Source of the DNA: Podarcis gaigeae
Taxonomy: Eukaryota
Assembly: GCA_964106915.2 (NCBI GenBank)
Contig: OZ066921.1
Reading direction: 5' to 3' (one strand)
Length of the DNA: 64,000 nt
Position numbers and translations under genes: made by a program. The notes below the pieces were generated by a model, which was given only the letters and a program-made list of their open reading frames with translations, did not search any database and was not told where the DNA came from. This document shows, one piece after another, positions 12,129 to 31,800 of the stretch (positions within the stretch are counted from its first letter, which is position 1; each line of letters starts with the position of its first letter).

Positions 12129-12469
12129 CAGACCCTTCGAGTATCACTATTTTCCAGTGACAGTCCCAGATTTACAGAAGCCACCCCATTTTCTGATTTG
12201 ATCTTGGAATGTCCCACTTTTCCATATAACATCCCTATTTTCAGTGGTGAAAGGCCATGGAAAGTCATGGGAGCCCCGAGCCAAGGAGATAAGTAACCAT
12301 ACCTTTAGAAAACATCTGAAGGCAGTCTAGTATAGGGAAGCTTTTTAATGTTAAATGTTTCATTATGGTTTTTTATACATATTGGAAGCCAACCAGAGTA
12401 GTATTAGTAGTAATAGTAGTAATGTAATAGGACATCCCTATTTTATTGGGAGAAATGTTGGAGGGTATG
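12129..12469. mobile_element. Non-autonomous DNA transposon (hAT-like) carrying an internal L2 3' tail
   Basis: Imperfect TIR cagaccct / agggtatg and TSD catgatg at 12122-12128 and 12470-12476. Internal repeat acatccctatttt. L2-tail-like segment at 12300-12423. Confidence 0.7.
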
Positions 12470-12589
12470 CATGATGTCGCTGCATAAACACCAGCAACAA
12501 ATTTAAGGAAGTTGGCTTTAGCACACGTGAGAGGAGAACAAGTCCATTTTCTGGGCTGTTTTTCCTCCCCACTGAGATTTGCAGTTAAC

Positions 12590-13057
12590 AGAGCTGCTCG
12601 AGAGAAGATGCCCACCTGCCCGCCACCCCCTGAATCTCCTGGGTGGGGGAAAGGAGAAGGCAGGCGGGGGGAGGGGTGTGGGAAATAGAACAGCGTGCTC
12701 CTGCGCACGTTGCTCCTGCCTCTGCCTGATCCCAAACCGGAGGCGTGTTCCCAGTCCAAGGCGACGCGTGTGCAGCCATGCCGTCATGCGGCCTCCCTGA
12801 GGAGGGGGGCTGGTGTCCTGGGGATTCGGGCTTGCACTGACCTCTCCCCACCCTCAGCCTCCACCCCCACCATGCTCTACTTCTTCTTTGCCACCAGAGC
12901 AACCAGCAGTGGCGGCAGAAGGAGCGTGGCAGCGTTGTTTGCCCGAAGTCACTTTCTTTTGGGGGCCGGGAGTGGGCGCGTTGAGCATTCTGTCACCCCC
13001 CTCACGATGACACCCGGGGCGACCTGCCCCCACTGCCACCCACTTCCTACACCACTA
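12590..13057. mobile_element. GC-rich hAT-like element remnant
   Basis: Right end cctacaccacta resembles the TIR of the 4468-4614 family. CpG-rich interior; left end not resolved. Confidence 0.4.
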
Positions 13058-15150
13058 ATCCTGAGACCTCTGCAAAGGAGTTGAAGTGTAATTTAGTCTT
13101 GAAGAATTCATGGTTAGCTTCTGTGTGAAAAGTCCTCTAATGAAGTTCACACATCTGATCTGTTTCAACAACAAAGTTCACATCAAGCCTGGTTCCAATC
13201 AATGTGGTTGCTGTTCTACTTGCTTCATCGAGGTATGGCTGGATACAAGATGACCAAATTAGCCATTTCCTTTTAGGGTTTATGAAGATCCACATGTGCT
13301 CTTATTTATATAAGATTTTTACAGTCCAAATTAATTTTGCAGTGGAGACTTGCATCAGTCCTAACAGTGCTCCCTTTTTCTGTTTTCCACTTTCCATTTT
13401 TGTCATGGTTTCCTGCCATCTCCTTCCATCTCTGCTGATGTTTTCTACCATTTACAGCAGTTTTCCACCTGCCTCATAGACACAATACTGAACGTCAACA
13501 CCCTGGTTGCTCCCACATTTTCTTTGAGAAGTTAGAATGTTCATGAAGATTCCACAACATCACCATCATACAGGGGCAGGGATGGCCAAAAGTGATGATC
13601 AGATAGAATGTATTTATTTCATAGCATAACCTTTTGAGGCTGGCGAGTGCCACATCTATTCCTAGTAGGAGCCTTTGATAATGCCTTAAGGGCCAGTTCA
13701 TGGATGAGTGATCAAGTTTAAGAGCATGTGAAAACGTATATACTTTGGCAGTGGCCAGTGTGGCTCTAGACAGCTGTGTAAACCTACTTAATCTGGCTGA
13801 TTGATCTTTTAGAGCTCCTGGATGTTTGTATTTCACAAAACTCTTGAAAAACCTGTCAAAGAGATAAGTTACTGTTGGCACCTATAACATTTTTTTGCCG
13901 CATGATTTGGGCAGAACATTCAGAGGATGTGGCATTTAATGAGGAAGGGAGCACAGACAGATTCTGTTCACTCATTTGTTCCATCCCTGGCTGTTCAGCT
14001 ATGATTTCTCTTTCCTTATCAACTCAAGGAAGCCAGTGCCACACACAGAGACCTGAATGCATACCTATATTTACTGTACCTCTATCCAAGGTGCATTTGC
14101 CATGATGTGGCAGAAATTTATCACATACTCCAATACCATCATACAAGTTGTTTGCCCTTCTCTACATCTATTTTTAAAAAATTAAGTCTGCAGCCTCTGT
14201 GTCATCGGCTACCTTATTTTAACCAGATAAACTACCCTTAAAAATTAGGTAGAGTTTTTAGGTGGGTTTTTGTTGTTGCTGCTGTTATTGATTTTCAATT
14301 TTTGTATCTTTATTTTTAGATCTTACAATGATTTGTGTGGGAATTGTTCAATTATGGGTGTGTTTTATTTATTGTTTATGACTAGTTTTGTTATGTTTTG
14401 ATTATGTAAATCTTTTCATGTTCATGTACGAAAGGCGGCATACAAATTAGATGATGATGATGATTAAATGTTCTTCTACAAGAAATCCCAGGCTGGTGTC
14501 TGAATAGCCAAGATGAGGAGCAATACTATGCATTTGCTACAGGACATGTAGGTGCTCCCCCTCAGCACTCTTGTTAGCCTAAATGATGGGGGTGGGGTGT
14601 ATGCGTATCTATCTAAGTGGGTGTGTTCTGGCTCCAGAAATCATTCCAGTGACTAAGTGCATCAGTGCTACTGAATATTCTTGTCTGGGTGGAAGCACTT
14701 CTGGAGAGAGGGATGGGGGGTGGGATGACCCCACAGGAAGACCCAAGCAATGCTCCAACCTTAGGGGATTGGCTAAAGTCGAGCCAAAAATGTGTGGCTG
14801 TCTGTTGCCAAGTACCTCAGAATCAGCCACTGCCACACCTAAGTTCCAACTTAAGGCAAGCTGGCGAAGGGAGAATAAAGAGGCTGATTGTACCAGGTCC
14901 ACAGAAATCTCCTGTGAAGTAAATAAAGGCTTTGTGTACAAATGGAAGTGAGGAGAAGGAAAGTCTCAAAGAACGGTGTCTCCATCACAGCAGCTTGCTG
15001 TGCTTTCAGTCACAGAAGACAGTAACTGCAGGTTGCTGGCCTCCAGAGACTTTCCCTCTAGCCTGACACTCAGAAAACTCCTTCTGAAGAAATGTGTGTG
15101 AGAAAGAAGAAGTTTGCTTGCCTCCTACAGTAAACCATGGCTGTTGCAAG

Positions 15151-18100
15151 CTACCTTTTCCTGAATGCCACGCGCCTGTTCACATTCTCCGCTCCATATT
15201 TTGCCACTAGCTTGCTTCTGAGGTCTTCATCCCCCTTCAGCAAGTCCACATCATCCTGCCTGCTCCAAAGAGGGCAGCCACTCAAGGACTGCCCCGTCTG
15301 CAGGCAACATTCCACAGCTGCCACTTCCCCACTGTTTTTCAAAAAAGCTTGTGTCACAGTTGTCAGGTCCACGTCAAACTTCTTCATGAAATACTTTATG
15401 TCCTCTACTGCCGTGGCCACCTCCACAGCTGAGGGAGCTGCAGGCTGCTGCTCTGCCACTGGGGGCTCAGCAGAATCTCCACCAGATACAAACTCAAGCA
15501 CCCTGATTTTGGGATTAGGAGGTGCTTCCTCTTCAGAGGTCTTGAGCTCCATGTGTTCTGAAAAGGTGTCTTCTGTGGAGCTGGGGCTCTCACTGTCTCC
15601 CTAGAAGGAAGGTGAATTAGGACAGTTCAAGATCACTGTTTCTTTCTAAATTTTGTAAGCCTATAAAAGTGCAGATTATCGTCAGTTTCTGGGGCCTGGT
15701 ACTCTGATGGTGATGGGGCAATTCTGTTTCAGTCATTCCATCTCAGACAAGATAGTGAAGGGTTAGAGAACGTACAGAAAAGAAAAAAATGACAATGGGG
15801 TTGGAGAAGTTTCCCTCTGAGGCTTCTGAATCTGCCAGGTGGACAATGTTTACCAGAGGCCCCTTCCCCACTAGAGTCCTTCGGCACTGCAGAGGCACTG
15901 CTTTTCTCTAATCAGCTTGAAGCAAATTAAAGGGAAAGCTGCTTGGAACTTACTTACAAGTAGCCCCACCAGTAATGAGTTAGGCTGGGCTGCAGGTAAA
16001 GGTGGGCATCGAGACTCAAGGCTCCCACTAATGGTTTATAAGCCTCAGAGACAGTCAGGAAAAGAGCCAGAGCACGCCTCTTTTGGGAACACGCCTCTTT
16101 TGGGAGCATATAATACGGTAAGTTGTACCAGAGTGTGGTAGAGGTGGGTTATATTTTCCCCACCCCACCCCCACAGTTGAGCAGGGCTTCTCTGGTCTGA
16201 AAGAAGGCAGAGAGAGGAGTGCAGCCCTGCTCCTGAAGGCAACAAGGAACAGCTGCTTCAAGAGACCCCACAACTGCAACACTACACAACACACACTTGC
16301 TATAGTGCAGAATGGTCTAGCAATCAGCAAAGGTGAAATAGAAACATTAATCAGAAGCCTCCTTCAGCAGCTTCTACCTCTGAAATGGTTCCTGTTTAGC
16401 AGGCTGCATCATTAGTTAATTGGTTAATCCCTGTTCCCCATGTGCAGGAGGCGGGGAAGGTTAATGACTAGTTCCTTCGCTGAAGCTGCAAGGAGCATTT
16501 TTCCAATTAAAAGCACATGGCAATCCTGAAATGCCTCAAGGGTGTTTACTGGCATGCATGCACACACCACAGACTGACACTGTAATTGGTGTGTGTGTGT
16601 TGGATTGCTACAAATACGGTCTGAAAAAATATAAGGGGACAACACTGGAATGAACATGTTGGCACACAGCACTGCCTATATCACCCAGAAAAAGTGCCTT
16701 AATGAAACCTAGCAATTCCAGGCTAAATAGCCAGTGACAAACAAGTTACATTTGCCAATGTCCAAGGCCAAATATGTCAAATAAATGTAATCAGTTCTGC
16801 TTTTAGTCATTCTATAAGCTATGCTGAAACACTCAGTGGCATCTTATGTGAAGGCACTGTACCCCGTTGTCTTCAAATTCTTTGTTAGCTGTCTGGAAAA
16901 TGCTATGTACCTGTGGTCCTTCCGCAGTGTGGCTTTGATCCTCTGGCTGGGGGACATCCTCTACTTCCTCACTTTGGGAAGCTGCTAAAGACAAAGGTAT
17001 GTTGAGGTTCACTGTGACAAAAGTCATCCAAGCCACATTTCCCACCCTTGTGATGATGCACCAATTACCACCTTGGTGCCATGGGCCCTTGAAAAATGGG
17101 AGAAGGAAATGGCAGCTTCAGGTCCTGAAGCCCCACTGGCCTCAGCTAGCTAATGGAACAGGGAATGATGAGTTTTTCCGACTCTTGATTTATTTATTCC
17201 CCGCCCCACCCCCCATATGTAAGGTTGCGATTGTGCAGCTAAAGTGAGTGTAAGCTGCAGGCCCACTGCACTGCAAAAAAGCCCTCTTTTCCAGAGGAAA
17301 CAAAGGGTCAGTTAGACTGGGGACTGAGATATGAAAGCTAGGAGCTAAATGGCACCTTAAACCTAGCTTATGGGTGCAACAACAGAATGTCTAGGTATGC
17401 TTTTTAATAACAAGAATACAAAGCTGAAAATGAATGAACTGCAGCTAAAATATTATGTTCAGTTTTCACATAGTCATCCTTCCCCTGCCCACCCCCCTAA
17501 TACTCTTATGAGGGTCTATTCTCCAGTCTTCAGACAATAACTGGATGTGGGGAGGCAGAAAAAGGTCCTGCTTTCCTTCCACTTTGCAGTTTTAATCTGA
17601 AATCTTTAGGCGCAATACTGCACCCAGAGCTCAGAAACTGCTCACGCGAATGAAATTCCCTGTCACAAAATGCACCTAAAACAATGGCAGTTTTGAACAC
17701 TGGCTGGGGAAGACCCTCACACAAGTGAGAAGGAGCAGCACTGAACAGGCAAGAAGCCCGAGGATTTAAAGAATCCTAAGAGTAGAGTGAATCCCCCTCC
17801 AAAGGGGCAGGCAATCCAGAGGCAAGGTGATCATGGACTGTGAAACTGGAGCCTGGGGGTGGGGGGAATACTCAAAGACAGCAGGGAGTTGAACAAGGGT
17901 AGTGGGGAAGAAGAGAGGAGTGAAAGGGGTGTGTGTGCATGAAACACTTGCACACTCACAGGGGAAGTACTTGGCAGGTCACCAGCAGGCAGAAGCAGTA
18001 GCTTGAAAGCATATGAGATGTTATGGCAGGCAGAAGCCCAGTGTTGACCAAAGGCAGGACTGAGAAGGAAGGAGGAAGCTACTTTAATAGATTTTGAATT

Positions 18101-19220
18101 ATGTCCCCATGATAGGGCTTGGAGGCAAAAAAAGGTGTGAAGAGAAGGGAGAAGGCAGGAGGAAAGAACCCCAAAGGGATAATTTTGCCCGTGGGGGCTC
18201 CTTTGGCCAACACTTGGCCAAAGTTTCATTTCCAGGCAATATAGAAGCCCAGAGGGGACAACAACCTGCAAGATGAGTGGTAGTATTTGACAACCAGGAA
18301 GGTGGAAGCAGGAGGTGGGCCAGGGTGTCCCAGGCAAGTTGCTTCACCATAGTGTAGCAGTGATGCCAGATATGGCCAGCTAGTGGCTAGCTGAACCTTG
18401 CTGCCTTCTGGCTAGGAAAGCATCCTTCTGCCAGGCCTTACTGGTCCTGACTGGCAGCAGTGACTCTCTGTATGGCTTCAGGCAGGACTCCTTCCCAACC
18501 CTAGATGGAGATGATGCCAGGGTCTGAACCAGGGACACTTTCTGCATGCCAAGCAGGTGCTCTGATCCTGTCCTGCGGCAGAAGGCCTTTTGGCCCACTC
18601 CAGCTAAAGCAGCCCTGCTTACCAGCAGCAGATTCAGACGAGCTTCTGAGCTTGCGTCTCTGGGCAGGCAGGCAGAGGTCTTCCTTGCCCCGCAAGTGCT
18701 TCAGGTAGCGGTCGCGCATGGCCTGCCAGGAGTGCCGCGTAACCCGGGCCGCCTCCATCTCCTTCCAGACAGCGTTGCCACTGCCGGATGCCTGCCTGCC
18801 GCTGCTGCCTCTCGTGCTCCTCCGCAGGTGCAGCAGGATGGCCTGGTCTTCCACCTCGCTGAAGGGCAGGCGGCCCTCGGCAGCGCCCGTGTCCGCGGTG
18901 ACCGGCGGTGGTTGCAGGCGGTATGTCTCCAGCGGCAGGAGCTCCTGGCGGGCCACGCAGTCGGCGACGTAGCTGGCGGAGATGAAGACCTCCGAGGTTC
19001 TCGGCGGCACCTCTCCCGGCCGGGCCAGCAGCACCGCGCCCGGCTCCTGCACGCGGCACAGGCGCCCGCCGTGGCGCACGATCAGCGGGGCCAGCTCCAC
19101 CTTGGCCGCCCCGGGGCGCACGTAGAAGCTCAGGGGGCTGCCGTCCTCCCGCTGGAAGAACAGCCGAGGTTGCGGGGCAGAGCCATCCGGCTCACCTTCG
19201 GCCTCCGCTGTGCCCAGCAT
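15151..19220 (-). CDS. TERF2IP: Telomeric repeat-binding factor 2-interacting protein 1 (RAP1), 3 exons, about 389 aa
   Basis: Exons 19220-18623, 16984-16863 and 15600-15151 with GT-AG introns, phases 1 and 0, total 1170 nt. BRCT (FYVRPG..GG.LCRVQEPGA), Myb (FSEVED.AIL...HSWQAMRDRYLKHL) and RCT (TVTQAFLKNSGE...W..QDD..L...KYG.ENV.RR.AF) domains. Confidence 0.95.
18410..18565 (-). mobile_element. Squam3-like tRNA-derived SINE
   Basis: Reverse complement agagcacctgcttggcatgcagaaag..ccctggttca..ggcatc..ctgccagtcag matches the Squam3 body. Confidence 0.65.
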
Positions 19221-19602
19221 CGTCCGGACAGCTGGGGCTGCAGCGGAAGGACGAGCCCCGCGACCGGCTGCTCGGGCCCCCCAATTCCCACCCGACGCCG
19301 CCTACGGGCTGCTCTGCCCGGAAAGGAAATGGCACTCTGCACGCGCTCAGGGGCATCCGCGTGCTCAGATTAGGGGCGGGGCGATTTGACCCGTTGCACT
19401 CCGCCCACTCCTCCTTTCAACGGCGGCGGCAACGTACCGGAAAGTTTCCTTTTGCGGCCGCCGCGCTCCAGTTTGCGCAGACGCGGACGGTGCTTCGTCG
19501 AGGAAGGGCGTGGCGCCGCTTGCGGTAAAAGCGGCTGCTGACCCAGAAGTGCTTTCGCTTTTGTTTCCTGTGGGGTGGAAGAAGCACCTGTCGGCCCTGA
19601 AG
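19221..19602. promoter_or_regulatory. Bidirectional CpG-island promoter TERF2IP/KARS1
   Basis: Divergent ATGs 382 nt apart (19220 minus, 19603 plus). GC boxes at 19373 and 19400, ETS-like ccggaa at 19437, YY1-type AAGATGGCGGC at 19600-19610. The CpG island spans about 18650-20150. Confidence 0.9.
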
Positions 19603-27158
<7,556 letters not shown>

Positions 27159-27239
27159 CCCAACAGGCTGCATTAGGGGGCAGAGGCTGTCCTGGGCCTT
27201 TGAACATGCCAGGGCATGCTTCTGTATTTTACAATCGTG

Positions 27240-27245
27240 AATAAA
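27240..27245 (+). terminator. KARS1 polyadenylation signal
   Basis: AATAAA 82 nt after the stop, followed by GT-rich sequence. Confidence 0.75.
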
Positions 27246-28009
27246 GGAGCTGTGCTATTGCCGTTTGCTATGAATTTGTCCTTTCATGATTTCTGGGGGG
27301 AGCATAGAAAGGCCCCCTCCCCTGCGTATGGGGCATAGGAGCTGCGACTGGCCTGGGCCATTATGTCTCCCCTCAGATTCTACTTGTCTTTAACGGTTAT
27401 TGTGAAAGCACAAAGTGTCTTGGGAATGTCATGCTGTCTTCGGAGCCATATGAAGAATGATAGACATTAGGCAATCTGCTCAGTGTCTGGGCGAATGAGC
27501 ATAACCATGGTTGCAAACATCAGAAGTAAAATGTCACAGCTCAGCTCCCTGTTGATTGCTAACCAACATATAGTGAAAGGGGCAGGATGTCAAGAAAGAA
27601 CCTTGCTTAAGTTTGCAGTGGCGTCCACCCTGCTGGGGTCACCTGCCTTTTCCAGACTCCTTCCGTTGCATTTATTAATATGTTGCATTCCTCCAGCTGT
27701 CTTGCACTTGTTGCTACTTTCTGAGAAATGGCCTGTGGTGTTAGTATGTTGCCGTTTTATGAGCCCCGTTCCCTTTTAACAAAACCCATGAGTCCTTCCC
27801 CTGTATTCAGGTAGTGATTTATTCCTTTATAATCATTAGTAGTTGGGAAATAAACGGAAAGCCACACGGTAGCCCGGTAGCACAGGGGGGCGGGGCTTAG
27901 CTGCTTGAGTTTTCTGAACTGAGCGCGTGATGCTCTTCTAAAGTGCCTGGGTCGCCCGAGGTGATGTAAAAAATAACCAGGAAGTCCACCCTGCAGATAA
28001 ATGAGCAGT

Positions 28010-28205
28010 TACGGATAGGTAGCCGTGTTGGTCTGCCATAGTAAAAAAAAGAAAATCCTTCCAGTAGCACCTTAAAGACCAACTAAGTTAGTTCTTGGTA
28101 TGAGCTTTCGTGTGTGTATCTGAAGTGTGCATGCACACGAAAGCTCATACCAAGAACTAAGTTGGTCTTTAAGGTGCTACTGGAAGGAATTATTATTATT
28201 TTTTT
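28010..28205. mobile_element. Penelope-like element palindromic remnant
   Basis: Inverted repeat at 28056-28188 with arms of about 54 nt. 14-bp TSD gataaatgagcagt at 27996-28009 and 28206-28219. Contains ctgaag-tgtgcatgcacac-gaaagctcata. Confidence 0.8.
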
Positions 28206-28259
28206 GATAAATGAGCAGTCACTCTATACCTTATTGCGTCTAGGATTCGCAATAGCTGA

Positions 28260-28820
28260 AAAGAGGGATGCGCGCAGCCTTCACTTGCAACTTCTGGTCG
28301 GCTAAAGGGAAGAGCCGCTCTGTCCGGCTCGGTCTCTATGGCTTTTGCTGATTGTCGCCCCACGTGGCCCTCTGGGAGCCGGAAGTGCCGCTAAGGCACG
28401 GCGGGAGGCATCCCGGCTCTAATTTTCCCCGAGCGAGAGCACCTCTTAGCGTGTGCAGAGCGCCTCCTTAGATCCCGGCGCTCCCAGAGAGGGGCGGGGC
28501 ACCGTCACCACAGAGCTCTTTCGTCTTCCTCCCGGCGGCCTCCGCCGGTTCTGGACTTCCTGGCCGGTAGCCGCTTCTGCCTGGTGGGTCCTGGGGAGGG
28601 TCGGTGCCTGTTGCGACGAGGCTCTTAGCGGGGATGTTCGGCCGGGCAGCGGAGGCAGGAGGAGCCCGCCTCGTGCTGCGGCAGGTCTGGGACTGCTGGA
28701 CGGTCTCTCTCTCGCTGCCCGCACCACAGTCCCCGGCGGCGGCTGGGAGTTGGAGCCTCGCGACCTCCGGAGGTCCTCGGTAAGGGAGTGAGGCAGGTGT
28801 CCGTCTGGCTGCCCCAAAGG
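28260..28820 (+). promoter_or_regulatory. ADAT1 CpG-island promoter and 5' UTR
   Basis: CpG-rich stretch with ETS/GABP CCGGAAGTG at 28379-28387, E-box CACGTG at 28361 and a GC box near 28491. Confidence 0.75.
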
Positions 28821-31800
28821 ATGTGGACTGCCGACGAGGTGGCCGCCCTGTGCTACAGCCACTACGAGACCCGGCTGCCTAAGCAAGGGAAGCCGGCGGC
28901 TGGTCGAGAGTGGACTCTGCTAGCGGCGGTGCTGCAGGTGGAGAGCGCAGGTGAGGCTCGGAGAGGACCAGATGGGCTCTGGCTTCTGCGGGGGGGACGG
29001 GGAGGCGCCCTGGCCAAAGGGGGCGCCTTAATGGGAAACCCAGCGAGGGCCTTTCATTTTATGGTGTTGATGTCCAAGCTTTCTGTGGCCGTTCTTGATT
29101 AAGCTTATTAAGCATTCCAGCCTATTTCCATGGGTCTGCCTGATGCACCGATATTCCTTGCAGGGGTAGCTGTGCTGCTGGATATAACGGAGGAGGCTGC
29201 TGCTGCCTTCAGCTCCTCCTAGCAGAACTTGGTTGCCCCAAGTGAGTTACCTTAGTTGTGTCCCTGGCTTGTGTGGCAGATCACCTCCCCGCTGACTGAA
29301 GAGGATGGCATACTTGGGGGGAAGAGTTCCATTTGGGATTAGGGTGTTGATTCCAGTGCTTCAAGAGCTTCTGGTCTGTTTCAGAGCACTTGTGCCAGTT
29401 ACTGTCATTAAAGCTTTCAGTGGATTAGGACCTGGTTACTTTATCCCATATAAATATCACACCCCCCCCCAGCACTGAGACTTTCAGGAGAGGGGTTTCA
29501 CTGTCCGCCCCCTGCAAAAAGTAAGTGAGCCTCTCTGTGATTCTGTGAAGCCAGGGTGTTTGGTTCTAGAATAAAGGAAAGAGACAAGAGCTGTGGGTGA
29601 TTTGGTATCTCCCCTGAAGGGGATTGCATTCAGTGGCAGCACCCAGGCTCTGGAACTCCCTTCGCAGGGAGCCTGGGTAGGCTCTCCCATCGTGCCTCCA
29701 ACCCTGAGGAATAACAAGAAATAACTTTCATGGGACCTTCATCTATTGGGACTTAAGAAGTGTGTGTGTGAAATGAGGGTAAGACACCACAGAGGCAACT
29801 GCAGAACTGCCGTTGCTTCAGCCTTGCTGCTCCTGAGCCTGCAGATTTTCTCTACCCTGCTGCGGACATTGTCTGTCCCTCTTCCAACTACCATTATTTC
29901 CCCCCTCAGAAATAAAGGCGATTGTTGCCATCGGAACTGGAACGAAATGCATTGGGCAGTCAGAAATGAGGAAGACTGGTAAGCAGCCCCCTTCCCACCT
30001 GCTGGAGCTAGGTCCCCCCTCCTCACAAGCCCCTTGCAATGGAGCAAGGGCAGCTGCACACTGGTGTGGCTACGTGCTTGGCTTCCTCCTGGAGAGGAAC
30101 CGTGTCGGGCTTACTGTGTTGGTTTTGGTGGTGCTGCTTCTGCAGGAGACATCCTCAATGACAGTCATGCCGAAGTGGTGGCCAAGAGGAGCTTCCAGAG
30201 GTGAGCAATGAGCTTGAGGGTGGACTGGGGGCGGGGGTTGGAAGATTCCCTGGAATGTGCAGCTTCTTTGGGGGCCTGCTTATTCCAGCTCTGTAGCCCT
30301 TTAAGCCAGCTAAACTTTGCACTTTTTCTACCTGCAATGCATCTGAGAAAAGAACAGGACTTGCTTGAATTGGCTGATCAATTATTTTAAGAATTTGTAA
30401 ACTGCTGTACGTTCAAAGAGTACCTGAGCTGCATACAAAAAACAGAATATAAAATGTAATACAAATTACAAAGCAAAGTTAAGAACACAAAGTCAACCAA
30501 AATTAAAAGCTGCAGAAATAGAATGGACTAATTGAGGAAAGCTTGTGGGGGAAAATAAGTTTTCAATGGACATAAAAAAGTGTTTCTGTCTGGCAAATTA
30601 ATCTCATCCAACAGTGCCTGCAGGTGTGCTCCCACCACCACCTCAATCACCCTTCCAAAATAGGGGGATTGGCAACTTGGGATAGTTGTCAAGAACCAGA
30701 GTAGACCATCTCTGCTGATTGGACCATCTTCCAGATACATCCCAATGACAGAATCCAACAGTATGCTAGCAAACATTTACCCACCTAATAATATAAGCCT
30801 GCATTCTAGGGTAGCAGCTCACCCTGCCTAGGTTGTCCTAAGCTTTCATCAGAAGATAGGTTAGTCATACACACCCTCCCCACAGGAATGCTTCTCTCTC
30901 ACCAAGGAGTGCCCTCCAACATCAGGTTCTTTCAGCACTCTCATAAATGCAAATTAAAACAAGCAAATGAAGTGGCAGTTTTTCATCAGTCCCAGGGAGG
31001 ATCGCATTAGATTCAGGTGCCCCCAGAGGGGGTATTGCAGCTGTCCTCTTGCCCCCAGGTACCTCCTTCACCAGCTGTGGCTGGCAGCTGTGTGCCAAGA
31101 GCCCAGCATCTTCCATCCAGGAACAGAGGAAGGGAAGTGGATTCTCAAACCACACATCACATTTATTTTTTTCTCCAGCCACACACCTTGTGAGTATGTC
31201 AGAACAATCCTTTTGGTTGGGGGAATCTCTCCCCTGCCCTTGGTGGCCTCCCTTGGAGCTGGGTGGTAGCCTGGTGTGGCTGTGCTGCATTGGTGGAGGT
31301 GGAAAGTTCCTGCAGTGAAATTGTGAAAGAGCCTGGCTGCCAAATAGCCCAGCATATCACTGAGCCACTGGGCTGGATATAAATGTAACTGAAACTCACT
31401 GTGGATAAGCTATAAAAAGGGTGAATTCTACACTATGCATTGTTAGGAAAGGGATTGAAAATAAATGGCCAGTATCTTGATGCCATTATACAAATTTATG
31501 AGGAGAGCATACTTGGAAGACTGTACAGCTTTGGTTGCCTCACCCCAAATGAGGATGGGTTCTCTGCTCCAGGGAATTTTTCCTCTGTGGGAGAGAGCCC
31601 CTGCTTGTCTTTGTCTTCTAAGAGCCCACCCTCCATTTCTTCTAGGTGGGGATGCTTCAATTATCCCAGTCTTGGAAGTGGAAGCACAGCCTTGCCAGCC
31701 CCTGAAGCCATCAAAGGCAGCTAAGAGGGGCATCAGTGACTGTGGGCCCCTGGCAGCTGAAAGGGAGTCTGAAGAGACGGCAGCTGACCATTTCCCCAAG

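Noticed and set aside
11535-12296. 253-aa ORF
   Set aside because: A chance read-through of antisense L2, unique DNA and a MITE.
16073-16105. Tandem 16-mer cacgcctcttttggga in TERF2IP intron 2
   Set aside because: A simple two-copy slippage duplication with no evident motif.
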